Position numbers and translations under genes: made by a program. From positions 81,592,001 through 81,656,000 of the forward strand of contig OZ320314.1 of the NCBI GenBank assembly GCA_976226885.1: a stretch of DNA of 64,000 nt, written 5' to 3'. The stretch comes from Iphione sp. A-MEVVRFRX5. Taxonomy: Eukaryota. Positions 60,467 to 64,000 of the stretch are shown piece after piece. The notes beneath the pieces are model-generated. The model saw only the letters and a list, made by a program, of their open reading frames with translations. It was not told the DNA's origin and did no database searches. How positions within the stretch are numbered: position 1 is the stretch's first letter; each line of letters begins with the position of its first letter.

Positions 60467-63076
60467 TAAGTCTGCCTGTCTGTCTGCATGTCCTCTATAT
60501 TTATGGCTGAAAGATGATTTCCTTTGTGTGCAAATAATTATCTTTGAAACAGAGCAGGTTATGCATAAAGTGTACTTTCTTTTACAAATGTCGCTAGAAC
60601 TGAGAAAAATCTCTAGAAGTTTTTGCCTTATCCATTTTTCGATAATTGAGTAGAAAACCCTTCCACGTGTAAGCTATGTCTGTTTTGTGACAAAAATCAA
60701 GCATCCATACCTTGTTCTTTACATAGGCGATATATTAACCATTCCTTTTATGTCCATGTTCAGTTCTGACCTTAAACGCGTGTCAATGGACGTGGAATTT
60801 GGCACAAACATCGAATCGCTACCTTCAAACACGTATCTGAAACGTACACATGCAAATTGGGACTTCGATCCATCCAATGTATGATATGCCAAAAACTGCC
60901 ATACCTTTTTAATTTCCCGTTGTAGCTAAGGGCTGTCAACATGTACTACGCTATTCATAGTCTCTGTTGAATTGACGGCGATATAACAAAGCTACACCTG
61001 TCAATCCCGTGCACTTGAGCGACCAGATACGCCCTCCTCCGGCGCTGACGGTCGTAGTACGAGCAGCTCGGATAACAAGTGAGCAGCTGATGTTTAGTCG
61101 CTCACCTGCTCTGATTGATGGTAGTGTCATCAGTCAAAATATGAGCTCACACGTCGATATGATTAGCTCAACGTGTGTCTGGTGCTCGTCCGTGTGTCCC
61201 GCTTGCGGATGACGGATTGCTTGTAGGTGTGGCATTACTAAACAGTGTTGATACACGAGTGGGGTGGGGGTGAGGCAGTGGCATGCTTGATGTATGGGAT
61301 GGGCGCGTGCCGTCAAGACGATAGCCCTGGTTACATAGAAGATGGCGCCCAAATGTGAAAGGCTCAGTGAAAAAGGCACCTGTAAGGTGGGACCCTCGTG
61401 CCAGGGGTTATAATGGCCTACCAGGCACCGCTAGTACCAGTTTAATAGTGCGCTCTATGTGTCCATTCGTCTGTGGGTCAGTTTGTGCGTCTTCTCTTTA
61501 TCTGTTTAGGTGTGTGTATATGCGTGCGTTAGTTCCTCACCCCAATTTCAAAGGTCGAACAAAATGTAAATGAACCACCGTTTTAAAGAATAAGGCATCG
61601 GGATATATCTTTACCAAAATTTCATTAGCCCTTTAGAGTCGTAATCAATCTTTGAAGTATGTATGTGTGTATGATTACATACAATAAATTGGAATCAATC
61701 ATCTAGACGGCAATAGACAGAGCCAAGTCTATCAATTATCTTTACAAATTCCTGCTATTCCAGACATCCCTCCTTATGAACAGTTTCTCATCGGACCCTT
61801 TGTTGTCCGTATTAGTTAGATTCCACTGTATATAGTGCATATGAAAATTTACTTGCTGTCATGTGTCATAGGACTGAGTGCAGTGACAGCATCATGTATC
61901 ATCCAACACCAACACGTTCATTCCTTTAAACATATACATACATAAAAGAACTCATATAATATTTTATGGTTCAGCAGTGAAATAAAGTTTACTTCATCAA
62001 TATTAGCCGGTGCGATTTGTCAAAGGGAGCGTGGTCGACAGCAAAACAAAGACTGAGAAGGTAATGGCATCAACTATGCTAAAATTTGAGCCAAGCTAAC
62101 AGAAGGGTGTCCTCTTTTTGCTCCATTCCCCTGATCGTCAGTTGAGATGATGGATTAGCAGCTCATCTTAAAACCAGTCATCTGCGGGCTGGCAGAGACG
62201 GATTCCAGGGATTAATTAGATTTAACGTAAATGGGGCTAGACAGTTTGAAAGAGTAGTTATTACCGAGAGGATGCCCATCTGTTTGTAAGGTGTCTCAGT
62301 CCTACTGCCTTTTTGATTAAGTATGGCTTCCATATTACGATCACTTGAAAGATGTGGCGCTAGAACAACGTCGACTGCCAAGATCAGAGCAGCAGTGGTC
62401 TATTTAAACTGCCCTTTTTCACTGAAGGTATCTTTTTTTGATTCGCATGGCAATCTACATGTCTTAAATTCATTCAGGTCACGCAGAGGCTACAGAATGA
62501 ATACTGCTGGTTTAGACACAGCTCCTAAAGATATTTGAGGTACCTGTATTACAGTTTGTGATACTCTGATTAATATGCGTAATGAATATCAATGCATTTA
62601 CCACAGTTTGTGCCGTAAGTGGTACAGATTGACTGTAGTCGTTATGGAAGGAATATATTACCAAGAGCCAAGTCTTTGTTCTTATATTATTTCGAATGGA
62701 GAACTTTTGCTCTCAGTGAATGACTTTATCGTCACCTTTTGTGCCCCACGTCAGCTTCCCCGTCCCGAAGCAGGCGTGGCTATAATAGTTAAACGTAATT
62801 GTTATTTTCTGCCAAATCCTTCGTTTGGTTAACTACTATTTTGCATTCCCATCTATACATGAGTGGCGACCATAGCTTTACTCCTGTTATAAATATTCGC
62901 TTGACTCATGGAAGTAATATCGCGAAATGCGAAGTAAACTTCCACCATGGTTCTATTCCGAGCAAAGCGACATTGACAATGAACAAGGCATCATCCATAC
63001 GGCACGTGGTGAAGGCCACATAATAACGGCCTATAAATCCGACGGTTGACTATGCTTTGACAACTGCGTCAGTGTT

Positions 63077-63077
<1 letters not shown>

Positions 63078-63113
<36 letters not shown>
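63078..63113. repeat. (CA)n microsatellite, about 18 units
   Basis: Direct reading. Confidence 0.97.
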
Positions 63114-63119
<6 letters not shown>

Positions 63120-64000
63120 CAGCTGAAAAGCAGCCAAGAGGAAAAGCACATTTTCACTTTCACCGCAACTTTAAACACCACGAGAAGCTCTCAGGTTGTT
63201 TCATACAGACTTGAAAGTCGTCCTCAGAAATGGGTTCAGAGAAGACGTGGGCTGGCCACTTTGATGTGAAGGGTGGGCCATTCACCGACAGGACCCAACG
63301 AGGTGGGTCAGAAAAGTCTGTAATCATTACCATTGCCTTTAAAAAGAAGAATAAGGAAAAAGGAGTGAATCTGTATGGGTGGCGGCGGCGGAGCTGCGAC
63401 TGACGCTGTGTCTCCTATATCATTCTTCTCCTTGTGTACACTTTCATTTTCACCGCTGGGTGTCCCAGTAGAGTCGCTCGTCAGTGAGGGTTCTATGAGA
63501 AATACAGTGAAAAGGACAGGAGAAGCTCTTTAAATCTGACCATCAGTGTAGGATGAAAAAGAGGACCTCACAAGCGCGTGCACCTTTGAACTGCCCTGTA
63601 CATAGCAGGCACCGGCTGCTGCTGCTGCTGAGTGGCGCTGAAATGCGATCCTGCTGCCTTATCAGCCATTATCCCCAATACATCGTTCATACTCCCATGT
63701 TATTATTACCAAGAGAGGCGATTCAAACTGAATATAATAATTCTAGGGATTTTATACATTAAACAAAAGTCATGATTTCTACCGCGCAGATGAACTGTGT
63801 TTTGAACTATTTCATTTACATTTTCTCGTGCCTTTTTATATGGAGACAAAAAAGAAGCATCCCACGAGGCACATTTGTTCACAAATCTGAAATCATCTAC
63901 TATAATCTTCAAAGGGAAACGTATTTTTGCGCCCTGTTGAATGACCTGCACTGACATCTTGGACACAGAATGAAATAAACCGACATGATATTGGCAGGAA

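Overview
Eukaryotic (animal) genomic DNA, largely non-coding. Composition (roughly 40% GC by eye, frequent TACATGTA) and the transposon mix suggest a lancelet (Branchiostoma) or similar invertebrate deuterostome; this is inference. I could not recognise any intact protein-coding gene, rRNA, true tRNA gene or CRISPR array. The best-supported features are decayed transposons: two pogo/Tigger transposase remnants (6.3-7.3 kb, 50.4-51.8 kb), a CR1/L2-type LINE (18.8-20.2 kb, minus), an I/Nimb-type LINE with RT and RNase H (27.0-30.5 kb), two copies of a tRNA-derived SINE, PIF/Harbinger-like MITEs, microsatellites and small tandem duplications. Between them lie TE-free, CpG-richer islands with promoter/enhancer-like motif clusters (CRE, RFX X-box, CCAAT, homeodomain/Fox/ETS) and a few exon-like segments of unknown identity. 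The most unusual observation is a pogo/Tigger-like family carrying a codon-multiple (84-96 bp) 'LPTPEDG' minisatellite. In one copy it is in frame with the transposase N-terminal HTH. In another place two copies form a 1.4-kb tail-to-tail composite inserted into the FKY(L)G motif of a LINE, with a Harbinger MITE nested in it.
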